Below are positions 28,173 to 37,498 of a stretch of 64,000 nucleotides of DNA, piece after piece. The stretch lies in contig OZ255842.1 in the NCBI GenBank assembly GCA_965277805.1, positions 672,001 to 736,000 on the forward strand, written 5' to 3'. The DNA is from Candidatus Lustribacter sp. Its GTDB lineage: Bacteria > Vulcanimicrobiota > Vulcanimicrobiia > Vulcanimicrobiales > Vulcanimicrobiaceae. A model generated the notes under the pieces. The model ran no database searches. It was not told the DNA's origin and saw only the letters and a list, made by a program, of their open reading frames with translations. A program made the translations under genes and the position numbers. How positions within the stretch are numbered: position 1 is the first letter of the stretch; the number at the start of each line of letters is the position of its first letter.

Positions 28173-29344
28173 TGGTGCGCATGTTGCGCCTTCCGGCGCT
28201 CTTGGCGGCGCTGCTGATATTTGCAAACGGCCCGGTGACGGCGATCGAACCGTACGATATCTACGCGGTCTTGCCGCTTACGGGCGCCAATGCGTTCGTC
28301 GGCAACGAACAGCGGCAATCGTTCGAGATTTTAGCAGCCGACGTGAACCGCGGCGGTGGCGTGCACGGACGGGCGATCCGTTTCGTCATCTCCGATTCGC
28401 AGTCCAACCCGCAGATCGCGGTTCAGCTGACCGGGCAAATTCTGGCTCAGCACCCGCCGCTCGTGATCGGTGATTCGGCCCTCTCGACGTGCGCGGCGAT
28501 GGCGCCGTTGCTGGCCGGCGGTCCGCTGCAGTTTTGCCTCTCGCCCGGGTTCACGCCGCCGCCCGGCAGCACGTCGTACTCGATCGGAACGTCGCCGCCG
28601 AAGCAGGCTGAAGCGATCATGCGCTATGCTCGCGCGCGCGGCTGGACGCGCTTGGCCATGCTCAACCAGAACGATGCAACCGGCGATTCTTCGCAAAAGT
28701 CGATGCTCGATGCGATCGCCAAACCGGAGAACGCCTCGATTCACGTCGTCGCAACCGAGCGGTTCAGCCCCGGCGACATCAGCATCGCCGCGCAGTTATC
28801 GCGCATCCGGGCCGCCGGTGCACAGTTCATCGTGAGCTATAACAGCGGCGCCCCATTCGGAATCGTTACCCGCGGCCTGCGCGATGCCGGTGTCGATTTG
28901 CCCGTGTTCACGAGCCCGGGGAACCTATCGTACGTGGAGCTCAAACAATACGGCGACACGTTGCCGCGGCAATTGTTCTTCGTTTCGGGCCCGCTGCCGC
29001 CGGATGGTCCGAACATCGAAAACGGTCCGCTGAAAGCGACCGACTTGGCGTTTTTGGATGCGTTCCGCCGGCAAGGCCTGCGTCCCGACTGGGGCAACGC
29101 TACGGGGTGGGATAGCGGTTCGATCGTGATCGCCGCGCTGCGCGCGCGCGGTCTAAGCGCCGGGCCCGCCGAACTGCGCAGCTACGTCAACGGCTTGCAC
29201 GATTTTCCAGCCATCCAGGGTATGGCCGATTTCCGCACCGGCGAGTACGGACGCGGCGTCTCCGACGCGCGCATCCTCGCGTGGGACCAAGCCCGGAACA
29301 CGTGGGAGATCGCATCGGGGCCCGGCGGCGTGCCGAAGAAGTAA
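28172..29344 (+). CDS. ABC substrate-binding protein, LivJ class
   Basis: Signal peptide, LPLTG, NRGGGVHGR and DSQSNP. Confidence 0.88.
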   Translation: MVRMLRLPALLAALLIFANGPVTAIEPYDIYAVLPLTGANAFVGNEQRQSFEILAADVNRGGGVHGRAIRFVISDSQSNPQIAVQLTGQILAQHPPLVIGDSALSTCAAMAPLLAGGPLQFCLSPGFTPPPGSTSYSIGTSPPKQAEAIMRYARARGWTRLAMLNQNDATGDSSQKSMLDAIAKPENASIHVVATERFSPGDISIAAQLSRIRAAGAQFIVSYNSGAPFGIVTRGLRDAGVDLPVFTSPGNLSYVELKQYGDTLPRQLFFVSGPLPPDGPNIENGPLKATDLAFLDAFRRQGLRPDWGNATGWDSGSIVIAALRARGLSAGPAELRSYVNGLHDFPAIQGMADFRTGEYGRGVSDARILAWDQARNTWEIASGPGGVPKK

Positions 29345-29349
29345 CGCGT

Positions 29350-30657
29350 CTAGACGCCCGGCACCAGCTCGTACATGTGCGCCGCAGCGAGTTCGTTGCA
29401 ATAGGCATGGATGTCCGCGTCGACCGGTAGCCGTTGCGTGACGACGACGATGTCGTCGAACGCGTTGCCGGCCGGATCGCGCACGACGCCGCGCGGATCG
29501 CCGCCGGCCTCCATCGTGCGAATCGCTTCGGCCAGTAAGCGGCGCTCGCGGGCAATTGCGACATCGGAGCTCGCCAAATGTTCGTCGGCCTGTTCGTGGA
29601 TCGAGCCTTGCGACTCCGTCACGAAGAGGTCGTGCGCCGGGAAGCATTTCCCCATGCCGAGATAACTCGTCGACATCGATTCGCGATCTTGCAAGTAGCG
29701 GTTCTCGGGGTTGCGGATGGGCCGGTCGCCGGCCTGTTTCTCCGACGCGTACTGCGCAGCCATCGCCTCTTTCGGCAGCGGTCCTTTGGCGTGGAAGATG
29801 AACTCGAAGCGCCAGTGATGCTCGTCGTCGATCGGGACGTGCCAAAACATACTGCATCCCCCGGGACCGAGCGACACTTCGTTGCCGCCGATCGCGCATG
29901 CGTTCGGAATGACGAAGTTCGTGATGCGTAAGATGCGCTCGCTGGTGTTGGGAATCCGGCGGTCGGTGTAGACGCGCAGGCCGAAGCGCGTGTCTTCGAT
30001 GCTCAGCTGCGGCGCGTTGTCGACGTGGAAGGCGCTCAGCCGCGCCTTCTCGACCGCTTCTTCCAGTTCGAACCAATGCAGATACGACGTGTGGATCGGA
30101 TCGATGTTGCCTTCATTGGCTTGCATCCAATTGCAACTGACCAGCCAGCGCGCGTTGAAACGATACGCTTCCGGGGCGGCGATCGCCGGATAGTTGGGGA
30201 ATAGCGGGGGTTCGCCCGGACCGAAGTAGGCCCAGATCGCGCCGCCGGCTTCGTGGCACGGGTAGGATGCTTGGTGTACTTTGTCTTTGAACGTGCTCGT
30301 GGGCGGCTCGCCGGGTTGCTCTAAGCACCGCCCGTCGACGTCGTAGAGCCAGCCGTGATAGATGCAGCGCAGGCCGCCGTTTTCGACGCGTCCGTAGCTG
30401 AGGTCGGCGCAGCGGTGGGTGCATTTGCGCGCGAGCAGACCGGGGCGGCCGCGATCGTCGCGATACAAAACGAGGTCTTCGCTGAGAATGCGTATCGCGC
30501 GCGGCGGACCGTTCGGCGTCACATCGCTGCTATAGCCGATCGGCTGCCAGTAGCGTCGTAGCAGCTCGCCCGACGGCGTACCCCGGCTCGTTTGCGTGAG
30601 ATGCTGGTAGGTGGTGCGCCGCTCTTCGCGCGGCGTGCCGTTCGTCAAAGCGCTCAT
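29350..30657 (-). CDS. Rieske oxygenase alpha subunit, phthalate 4,5-dioxygenase (OphA2/Pht3)-like
   Basis: GTPSGELLRRYWQP, CTHR...CIYHGW, EGNIDPIHTSYLH and WHVPIDD. Confidence 0.9.
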   Translation of the reverse strand: MSALTNGTPREERRTTYQHLTQTSRGTPSGELLRRYWQPIGYSSDVTPNGPPRAIRILSEDLVLYRDDRGRPGLLARKCTHRCADLSYGRVENGGLRCIYHGWLYDVDGRCLEQPGEPPTSTFKDKVHQASYPCHEAGGAIWAYFGPGEPPLFPNYPAIAAPEAYRFNARWLVSCNWMQANEGNIDPIHTSYLHWFELEEAVEKARLSAFHVDNAPQLSIEDTRFGLRVYTDRRIPNTSERILRITNFVIPNACAIGGNEVSLGPGGCSMFWHVPIDDEHHWRFEFIFHAKGPLPKEAMAAQYASEKQAGDRPIRNPENRYLQDRESMSTSYLGMGKCFPAHDLFVTESQGSIHEQADEHLASSDVAIARERRLLAEAIRTMEAGGDPRGVVRDPAGNAFDDIVVVTQRLPVDADIHAYCNELAAAHMYELVPGV

Positions 30658-30703
30658 TCTTGGGAGGGGTCCTTCACGAGCTCGATGCGCTCCTTGTCGG
30701 ATG

Positions 30704-31426
30704 CTAGCGCAGCGGAATTTCGGGCCGGAGCAGCGGGCTGAGCTCCGCGGCGGCAGCTTGCAGTTGCGCGACGATCGCGGGCATTTGCCGCTCGGGCATG
30801 CGAAAGGCGAGACCGTGCACGCCCAGCGTCGCCACCAGCGTGCCGGCGGCGACATAGAGCGGAACGTAGATCGCGACGGCGCCTGGGAAGAGCGCTCCGC
30901 GCGATACCGCGTAGCCCGACGCACGGACGCGTTCCAAAAGCGATGCATCGTTTTCGTCCCGCCAGCCCGCAGCGAACGCGCGCAAGACGGTCCCGGCCGC
31001 GCCACGGCGCACCGGGTAGCGCGCCGCCTCCGTGATCTCCAGCCGGATCGGTTGGAGGCTCGGAATCTCCACGACGCAATAGCGCACGTTGCCTTGGCGT
31101 ACTTGCACTGCCGCGGTCTCGCCCGTTGCGTCCCGCAACCGTTCGAGTACCGGCCGGGCGATGGCGCCGAGCGTCGTTTCACCGTAGGCGGAGACGAGCC
31201 GGCCGGCGCCGGGACCGAGCCGGTAGAGCCGCTTCGTCCGATCGAACCCGAGGTATTCGTGCAAGACGAGTGTTTGCAAGAGCCGGTGCGCGCTCGAGGG
31301 CCGCAGGCCGATCGCCCGGGCGATCGCCGTGAGGTTGAGGGCCGGCGTTTGGGCGGTGAAACAGTCGAAGACGCGGCACACGTTGGCGGCCGTCCCGACC
31401 ACCCGTTTTGGCACTATATTCGCCAT
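30704..31426 (-). CDS. IclR-family transcriptional regulator
   Basis: LTAIARAIGLRPSSAHRLLQTL, YRLGP, LRDATGETA and RASGYA. Alternative start at 31447. Confidence 0.88.
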   Translation of the reverse strand: MANIVPKRVVGTAANVCRVFDCFTAQTPALNLTAIARAIGLRPSSAHRLLQTLVLHEYLGFDRTKRLYRLGPGAGRLVSAYGETTLGAIARPVLERLRDATGETAAVQVRQGNVRYCVVEIPSLQPIRLEITEAARYPVRRGAAGTVLRAFAAGWRDENDASLLERVRASGYAVSRGALFPGAVAIYVPLYVAAGTLVATLGVHGLAFRMPERQMPAIVAQLQAAAAELSPLLRPEIPLR

Positions 31427-31427
31427 A

Positions 31428-31445
31428 GGCAAACATATTTTTGCC
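31428..31445. promoter_or_regulatory. Near-perfect 18-bp palindrome, candidate IclR operator
   Basis: GGCAAACATATTTTTGCC lies directly upstream of the iclR ATG in a divergent spacer. Confidence 0.45.
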
Positions 31446-31557
31446 ATTTGATGCGCCGGCCCCGCCGTTTTCGCCCAAGAAAAGGGCCGGTAATACGAGG
31501 CTGCTAACGGCGCGGCATCAGCTTCAAATTTCGCTGGACGCTAAAAAAGGTGGAGAT

Positions 31558-32739
31558 ATGAATCGACCGCGGTGGGCGGCTCCGTGGCTTGTCCTCGTGC
31601 TGTTGGCGACGCTGAGTCTTCGAAGCATGGCGGCCGAGCCTCCCTATACCATCAATATGGTGCTTTCGCAGACCGGCAGCGGAGCGTTTCTCGGGACCCA
31701 CGAGGCCGCGGCGATCGGCGTCCTCGAAAAGGTGGTCAACGCGCGCGGCGGGATCAGCGGCCGGCCGGTCCACTTCACGTTCCAGGATGACCAGACCACG
31801 CCGGTGGTCGCCGTGCAGCTCACGAACGGGCTCATCGCCAAGGGCGTTCCGGTGATCATGGGATCTTCGCTTGCAGCAACGTGTTCTGCGATGGCCTCGC
31901 TGGTCGAGAAGACGGGGCCGGTGCAGTATTGCGTTTCGCCCATCATCCGTGGTGCGCCGGGAAGTTACGTCTACTCGGCGAGCGCCGGCAGCGATTCGAT
32001 TGCGGCCGTGCTCGCGCGGTTCTACCGCGAACACGACTGGACGCGTATCGCGCTGATTACGTCGACGGATGCGAGCGGATCCGATTTCGAGAAGCAGTTC
32101 GATGCGGCGATGGCGCTGCCCGAAAACAAGTCGATGCGGTTGCTCGATCGCGAACACTTCAACGCGGCGGACCTCAGCGTCGCAGCGCAGATGGCGCGCA
32201 TCAAGGCCTCAGGGGCGCAAGCGCTCGTCACGTTCGCTACCGGAACGCCGCTTGGAACGCTCTTGCATGGCGTGCACGACGCCGCGCTCGACATTCCCGT
32301 CTCGGCTTCGGGTGGAAACATGATCTACGAGCAGATGGCGGGCTACAAAGGCTTCACGCCGCGTCAACTCTTTTTCGCTGCCACGCGCGGCGTGGCGCCG
32401 GACCCTCTCTTGCGCCCGGGTCCAATCCAGGACGCGCAGAAAGTCTACTTCGCGGCGTTTAAGGCGGCCGGCATTCGACCCGATTTCGCCTCGAGTCTGG
32501 TGTGGGATCCGGGCATGATCATCGTGAGCGCGTTGCGCGCGATCGGCCCCGATGCAACCGCGGCGCAGTTGCACGATTGGATTCAGAAGTTGCACAGTTG
32601 GGCCGGCATCGACGGGATTTACGATTTCCGTGACGATTCACAGCGCGGAATCGGCCAAAACGCGATGATCGTCTATCGCTGGGACGACGCGAACCAGACG
32701 TTCGCCGTCGCCAGTCACGCTGCGGGGCATCTCAAATGA
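31558..32739 (+). CDS. ABC substrate-binding protein, LivJ class
   Basis: GGAG-ATG start, signal peptide, NARGGISGR and DDQTTP. Confidence 0.88.
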   Translation: MNRPRWAAPWLVLVLLATLSLRSMAAEPPYTINMVLSQTGSGAFLGTHEAAAIGVLEKVVNARGGISGRPVHFTFQDDQTTPVVAVQLTNGLIAKGVPVIMGSSLAATCSAMASLVEKTGPVQYCVSPIIRGAPGSYVYSASAGSDSIAAVLARFYREHDWTRIALITSTDASGSDFEKQFDAAMALPENKSMRLLDREHFNAADLSVAAQMARIKASGAQALVTFATGTPLGTLLHGVHDAALDIPVSASGGNMIYEQMAGYKGFTPRQLFFAATRGVAPDPLLRPGPIQDAQKVYFAAFKAAGIRPDFASSLVWDPGMIIVSALRAIGPDATAAQLHDWIQKLHSWAGIDGIYDFRDDSQRGIGQNAMIVYRWDDANQTFAVASHAAGHLK

Positions 32740-34082
32740 GCCGCTACGACGAATGGGTCGACCCGGTGAAGGGAACGGTGAGCCGCGATGTTTTCGTCAG
32801 CGATGAAGCACACCGTGACGAACTCGAGCATCTGTTCAGCCGGGCCTGGCTCTTCGTCGGTCACGAGTGTCAAATTCCGAAGCCGGGCGATTTTTTCCAA
32901 TCGCGTATGGGCGAGGAATCGGTGCTGCTCTGCCGCGATCGCGCCGGCGCGATTCACGTCTTCCTCAATACGTGCCGTCATCGCGGGATGAAAGTTTGCC
33001 GCTACGACGAGGGCAACACGCCGGTGTTCACTTGCCCCTACCATGCGTGGAGCTATTCGCTCGACGGGAAACTCGTCGGCGTGCCGATGTCGAATCCGCT
33101 CTACGATGGCGTACTCGACCGTTCGCAATGGGGGCTGATCGAGGTCGCGCAACTGGCGAACTACAAGGGCGCCATCTTTGCGACCTGGGATCCGCGTGCG
33201 CCGTCATTTGAGACCTACCTCGGTGAAGCGCGCACGCAACTCGACATTCTGCTCGACTGCCGTGACGGCCGGCCCGGTGGTTCCGAGGTGATCGGTGGGA
33301 TTCAGAAGTGGGTCGTGCCGTCGAATTGGAAGTTCGGCACCGAGAACTTCATGGGCGACACGTATCACAACGTCAGCCATCGTTCCGTCGATCTCGTCGG
33401 CATCAGTCCGAACGCCCGGTCGGGCATCAAGGGCCGGCGGAGTGACGAGATCGCCGGAACGCAGCACGTGTGGTTTGCGTATCCCGAAGGGCATGGGATC
33501 CACTCGATGATTCTGCCCGAGGAGAATTGGTACGTCGAAGCGTTTCGCGACAGTCCCGTCGTCGAAGAGTACTTCCGGCACTGTTACGAAGAACGCAAGA
33601 AACGATTGGGCCCGGAGAAATCGCGCTGGGTTGGGCTCGTGGGTTCGATCTTCCCCAACACATCGTTCCACGCGCGCCAGCCGCGCGCGCTCTTCGTGTG
33701 GCATCCGCATGGGCCGCGCTCGATGGAAATTTGGCGCTTCTATCTGGTCGACGCGGACGCACCCGCGGAGGTCAAAGATTTCCTGCGCCACTACTACATG
33801 CGCTATTCAGGACCGGCCGGCATGACCGAACAGGACGACATGGAGAACTGGAACTACGCAACGGCTGCCAGCTCGGGTACCATCGCGCGCCGGTACGCAT
33901 ACAATTACCAGCAGTCGATGAACGCGACGCACGCCGGCGTCTTCGGAACCGCGCCGGAGTCGACGCAGATGACGGAGCAGAACTCGCGCAACTTCTACGC
34001 GCGCTGGGCCGACTACGTGAGTAATCGCAATTGGCCGGTTCTTCTCGGCAACGGCGGCGCGCCGGTCGTTCGGGGCGCCTGA
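32736..34082 (+). CDS. Ring-hydroxylating dioxygenase alpha subunit (biphenyl/naphthalene/HcaE type)
   Basis: CRHRG...CPYH, NWKFGTENFMGDTYHNVSH and EQDDMENW. Confidence 0.92.
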   Translation: MSRYDEWVDPVKGTVSRDVFVSDEAHRDELEHLFSRAWLFVGHECQIPKPGDFFQSRMGEESVLLCRDRAGAIHVFLNTCRHRGMKVCRYDEGNTPVFTCPYHAWSYSLDGKLVGVPMSNPLYDGVLDRSQWGLIEVAQLANYKGAIFATWDPRAPSFETYLGEARTQLDILLDCRDGRPGGSEVIGGIQKWVVPSNWKFGTENFMGDTYHNVSHRSVDLVGISPNARSGIKGRRSDEIAGTQHVWFAYPEGHGIHSMILPEENWYVEAFRDSPVVEEYFRHCYEERKKRLGPEKSRWVGLVGSIFPNTSFHARQPRALFVWHPHGPRSMEIWRFYLVDADAPAEVKDFLRHYYMRYSGPAGMTEQDDMENWNYATAASSGTIARRYAYNYQQSMNATHAGVFGTAPESTQMTEQNSRNFYARWADYVSNRNWPVLLGNGGAPVVRGA

Positions 34083-34083
34083 C

Positions 34084-34869
34084 ATGGCCGTGATCGTTAC
34101 CGGAGGCACGTGGGGCATCGGCCAAGCGATCTCGCTCGAGCTCGCCGCGCGAGGTCACGACGTCGTCGCCTTCGGCCTCGACGCGCCGCAAGTTTCGAGC
34201 ATTGCTCGCAATGGCACGAATGCGACCCGCGAGGCAGCGGCGGCGCGCGAGCTTCACGTCGACGCGCTCGACGCCGATGTCACCGATGCCGGCGCCGTCT
34301 CACGCGTCGTGGCCCACACGCTCGAACGGTACGGACACATCGACGCGCTCGTAAACAATGCCGCGATCGGACCCCTGGGAACGATTTTGGACACGAGCGA
34401 AGAGCTGTGGGATCGCATCATGGCGGTCAATCTGAAGGGTCCGTACCTCTGTTGCCGGGCCGTGCTGCCGCACATGATTGAACGCGGCGGCGGCCGCATC
34501 GTGAACATCGGCTCAGGTTCGGGCTGGGGCAAGCCCAACATGTTTGCCTATAGTGCGAGTAAGGGTGGAATATTCGCGTTCAGTGCCGCGCTGGCGTACG
34601 ATTACTTTCACCAGCATATTCGCGTCAACACGGTCGTTCCGGGTGGCGGCGGGATGCCGACCGGCATGAGCCTCGGCCGTGTCGGCGGGGATCCGGCGAA
34701 GCTCACGGGCCCGGGCACGGTGGCGGGACGTCCGGCCGACGGCGTTGACATCGCAAACGCCGTGGCCTTTCTGCTTTCGCCGGAAGCCGACACGATCTCG
34801 GGGACCGTCATCGATGTCGGCTGCTTTTCGCATCAGGGCGGTCCGATTCTCCAGGGAGCGCGCGCATGA
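34084..34869 (+). CDS. SDR oxidoreductase (candidate cis-dihydrodiol dehydrogenase)
   Basis: TGGTWGIG, NNAA and YSASK. Lies between the alpha and beta subunit genes. Confidence 0.85.
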   Translation: MAVIVTGGTWGIGQAISLELAARGHDVVAFGLDAPQVSSIARNGTNATREAAAARELHVDALDADVTDAGAVSRVVAHTLERYGHIDALVNNAAIGPLGTILDTSEELWDRIMAVNLKGPYLCCRAVLPHMIERGGGRIVNIGSGSGWGKPNMFAYSASKGGIFAFSAALAYDYFHQHIRVNTVVPGGGGMPTGMSLGRVGGDPAKLTGPGTVAGRPADGVDIANAVAFLLSPEADTISGTVIDVGCFSHQGGPILQGARA

Positions 34870-35390
34870 ACCGCTATGAACTTCGTTCGGACATCGAGAA
34901 CTTCTTATATACCGAAGCGGAACTGCTCGACGAACGCCGCTTTACGGAATGGCTCGATCTGCTCGCTGAGGACCTCACGTATTTCATGCCGATCCAACGC
35001 AACGTCAGGTTTGGCGACGACGAACGCCGGCAGACCCGCGCCGGCGTCGACATCAGTTGGGTCGACGAGGACAAGTGGACGCTTTCCAAACGCGTCGAGC
35101 AACTCATGACGGGACTGCACTGGGCTGAGGAACCGGCGTCTCGTGTTTCGCATTTAGTCACCAACGTGCAGGTTAAGGATGTCCAGCCGTCCCTCGATGC
35201 GCCGGAGCGCGCGCTCGTTGCGTCACGCTTTCTGATCTATCAAAACCGCGTCGACCACGAGACCGCATTGTTTGCCGGCAAGCGGCTCGATTCGTTGCGA
35301 CGCGTTGAGGGTGAATGGAAACTTGCGCGCCGCGAGATCACGCTCGACCAGAGCGTGCTGCTGGCGAAGAACCTGACGGTGTTCTTCTGA
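34866..35390 (+). CDS. Ring-hydroxylating dioxygenase beta subunit
   Basis: FLYTEAELLDERRFTEWL, WAEEPASR and LARREITLDQSVLLAKNL. Confidence 0.92.
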   Translation: MNRYELRSDIENFLYTEAELLDERRFTEWLDLLAEDLTYFMPIQRNVRFGDDERRQTRAGVDISWVDEDKWTLSKRVEQLMTGLHWAEEPASRVSHLVTNVQVKDVQPSLDAPERALVASRFLIYQNRVDHETALFAGKRLDSLRRVEGEWKLARREITLDQSVLLAKNLTVFF

Positions 35391-35614
35391 TGTCGGATAA
35401 GATTCTGGCCGGCGGCGGCGACGACTACCTTGCGATTCGCGAGCTCAATCCCGGCGATCGCATCCACCTCAGAGGCAACATTCTCGCCGAAGTCGTCGAC
35501 AATCCGCGCGACGGCATGTGGATCATCGTACGTTATCTGGAGACGCCGGCCGGTCCGGTTACGGGGAGCGATCCTGAAATGGTCATGGCCGACGAGGTCA
35601 TCGCGCGCGCATGA
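35390..35614 (+). CDS. Small hypothetical protein (74 aa, beta-rich)
   Basis: Overlaps both neighbours (TGATG, ATGA). Contains LNPGDRIHL...AEVVDNPRDGMWIIVRY. Confidence 0.65.
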   Translation: MSDKILAGGGDDYLAIRELNPGDRIHLRGNILAEVVDNPRDGMWIIVRYLETPAGPVTGSDPEMVMADEVIARA

Positions 35615-36561
35615 AACGTTCTGCATTTCTGGGAACGGCGGTGGGCGTTCTAGGCGCGCCGGGAGCGCTGGTGACAACGGCGCTGGCCGCTGCCGAAGCA
35701 CCGTTCGTCGTCGGGTCGTTGTCAAGCGCGATGGACGCGGCGATCTACTATCCGCTCCAGCAGGGCTGGTTCAAGGCGGCCGGACTCGACGTCACCGTCG
35801 AACCAATCACGGCGGGGCCTTCCGCGATGGCCGGTGTCGTCGGCGGCAGCATGCAGACCGCGGATGGGAACGTGTTATCGCTGGCCGTCGCACACAGCAA
35901 AGGGATCCCGGTCGTCCTCATCGCGCCCGGCGCGAGCTGGACCTCAGCGTCCGAGACGTCGGTTGGGATCGTCGCCGGACCGGCGGTGCAATCGCTCAAG
36001 GATCTCGTCGGCGGTACCATCGCGGTCCCGAGCCTTCAAGACCTGCTCACCGTCTCGACCAAAGGATTCCTCGACAAAAACGGCGTCGACTCTGCCTCCG
36101 TGCACTTCACCGAGATGCCCCCGGCGAGCATGCCCGCGGCACTGCAAGCGCAGCGCGTCACCGCGGTCGCCGTCTACGATCCGTTTCGCAGCCAGTCAAT
36201 TTCGCAGGGCGGACACATGATCGGTTCCCCCTACTCCTCGATCGCGCCGAGCTTCTTGGTGACCGCGTTCTTCGCGTACCGGCCGTGGGTCGACGCGCAC
36301 CGGCAGGCGACCGCCGCGTTCGGTTCGGTGTACGCGCGCGGCGCGGCGTACACGAACCTCCACCACGAGGAGTTGCTGCCGTTGGTTTCGAGCTTCTCGC
36401 ATGTGCCGCTCGAGGTGCTGCAGCGCGGGATCTATTCGCCGGTCCCCTCCAACGGGCTCGATCCCGCGATCATTCAGCCGGTGATCGATGCGGCTGCGAA
36501 ATACCACGTGATTCCGCGGTCGTTTCCGGCAAAGGAATTCATCTTCTCCGGCGGCGCCTAA
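35611..36561 (+). CDS. ABC substrate-binding protein, NMT1/SsuA class
   Basis: MKRSAFL signal and GWFKAAGLDV. Confidence 0.88.
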   Translation: MKRSAFLGTAVGVLGAPGALVTTALAAAEAPFVVGSLSSAMDAAIYYPLQQGWFKAAGLDVTVEPITAGPSAMAGVVGGSMQTADGNVLSLAVAHSKGIPVVLIAPGASWTSASETSVGIVAGPAVQSLKDLVGGTIAVPSLQDLLTVSTKGFLDKNGVDSASVHFTEMPPASMPAALQAQRVTAVAVYDPFRSQSISQGGHMIGSPYSSIAPSFLVTAFFAYRPWVDAHRQATAAFGSVYARGAAYTNLHHEELLPLVSSFSHVPLEVLQRGIYSPVPSNGLDPAIIQPVIDAAAKYHVIPRSFPAKEFIFSGGA

Positions 36562-36565
36562 GTCA

Positions 36566-37498
36566 TCAGACCGTAAACATCACCTCGTCGGCTCGCACGG
36601 GGCGGCTGATGAGACCGTGACGCATCGCAACCGCCAGCGGCGGGTCGATGAGCTTCGCGTCGAGCGACGTCGCGAATGTATTGCGTGCCATCACGTTCAC
36701 GATATCGATCGGGATCTTGGTGTAACGGCTTTCGATGGCCGCGCTCTCCGCACGCTGCGTGTTGGCCCAGCGGGCCACCTGATAGATCACGGGCAGCAGC
36801 CGGGCGGCGAGCGCTCTGTTCTTGGTGAGCCAATCGCGCGAAGCGACGAAGCCGTTGATGTAGAACAACGGCGCGATCGCGGTGTACGGAACACCGAGCA
36901 CGCGCTGGTCGGCCCTCGCTTCGGAGAGGAACGGCTCACCTTGCAGCGCAGCCGCGACGGTGCCGCGCTGGAGAGCGGCGTTCATCTCGGGAAGTCCCAG
37001 TTCGAAGAGCTTGACTTTGGCCGGGTCGGCGCCGTTCGCACGCAGCCATTCTTTGGTTCCGGCCGCACTGAGTGAGTTCAAGCTCGAAACGCCGACCGAG
37101 CCGCCTTCCAGGTCGCGCGCGCCGCGGTACGGGCTCGATTTCGCCGTTACGAGCACCAGCGTACCGGTACTGGACGTAAAGAGCGCGCCGCCCGCGAAGA
37201 ACGCGAGCGGGATTCCGTGAATGACGGCATTCGCAACCTGGAGTGCGTCAATGACGCCGACGTCGAGTGCGCCGCCCACGATCGCTTGCGTGATCAGACC
37301 GTTGTTGTTGAACGTCTGGATGTCGAACGCGATGCCGGCCGGCTGCAGCAGCCCGAGCTCTTGCGCGTACACGGGGAGCAAGCCCGAATCGTTCAGACCG
37401 ATTCCGATGCGTATCGTCGCGAGCGTTTGCGCTGAGGCTTGCGACGGCCGTGAAAGCGCGGTCGCAGCACCGGCCAGGAGGAGCGTCCGGCGATCCAT
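36566..37498 (-). CDS. ABC substrate-binding protein, NMT1/SsuA class, Tat-type signal
   Basis: MDRRTLL, VGGALDVG and NGADPAKVK. Confidence 0.88.
   Translation of the reverse strand: MDRRTLLLAGAATALSRPSQASAQTLATIRIGIGLNDSGLLPVYAQELGLLQPAGIAFDIQTFNNNGLITQAIVGGALDVGVIDALQVANAVIHGIPLAFFAGGALFTSSTGTLVLVTAKSSPYRGARDLEGGSVGVSSLNSLSAAGTKEWLRANGADPAKVKLFELGLPEMNAALQRGTVAAALQGEPFLSEARADQRVLGVPYTAIAPLFYINGFVASRDWLTKNRALAARLLPVIYQVARWANTQRAESAAIESRYTKIPIDIVNVMARNTFATSLDAKLIDPPLAVAMRHGLISRPVRADEVMFTV

Noticed and set aside
29350-31182. 610-aa ORF suggesting an oxygenase with a long N-terminal domain
   Set aside because: The extension is an alternative frame over iclR. Homology to paralogues and a GAAGGA site support a start at 30657.
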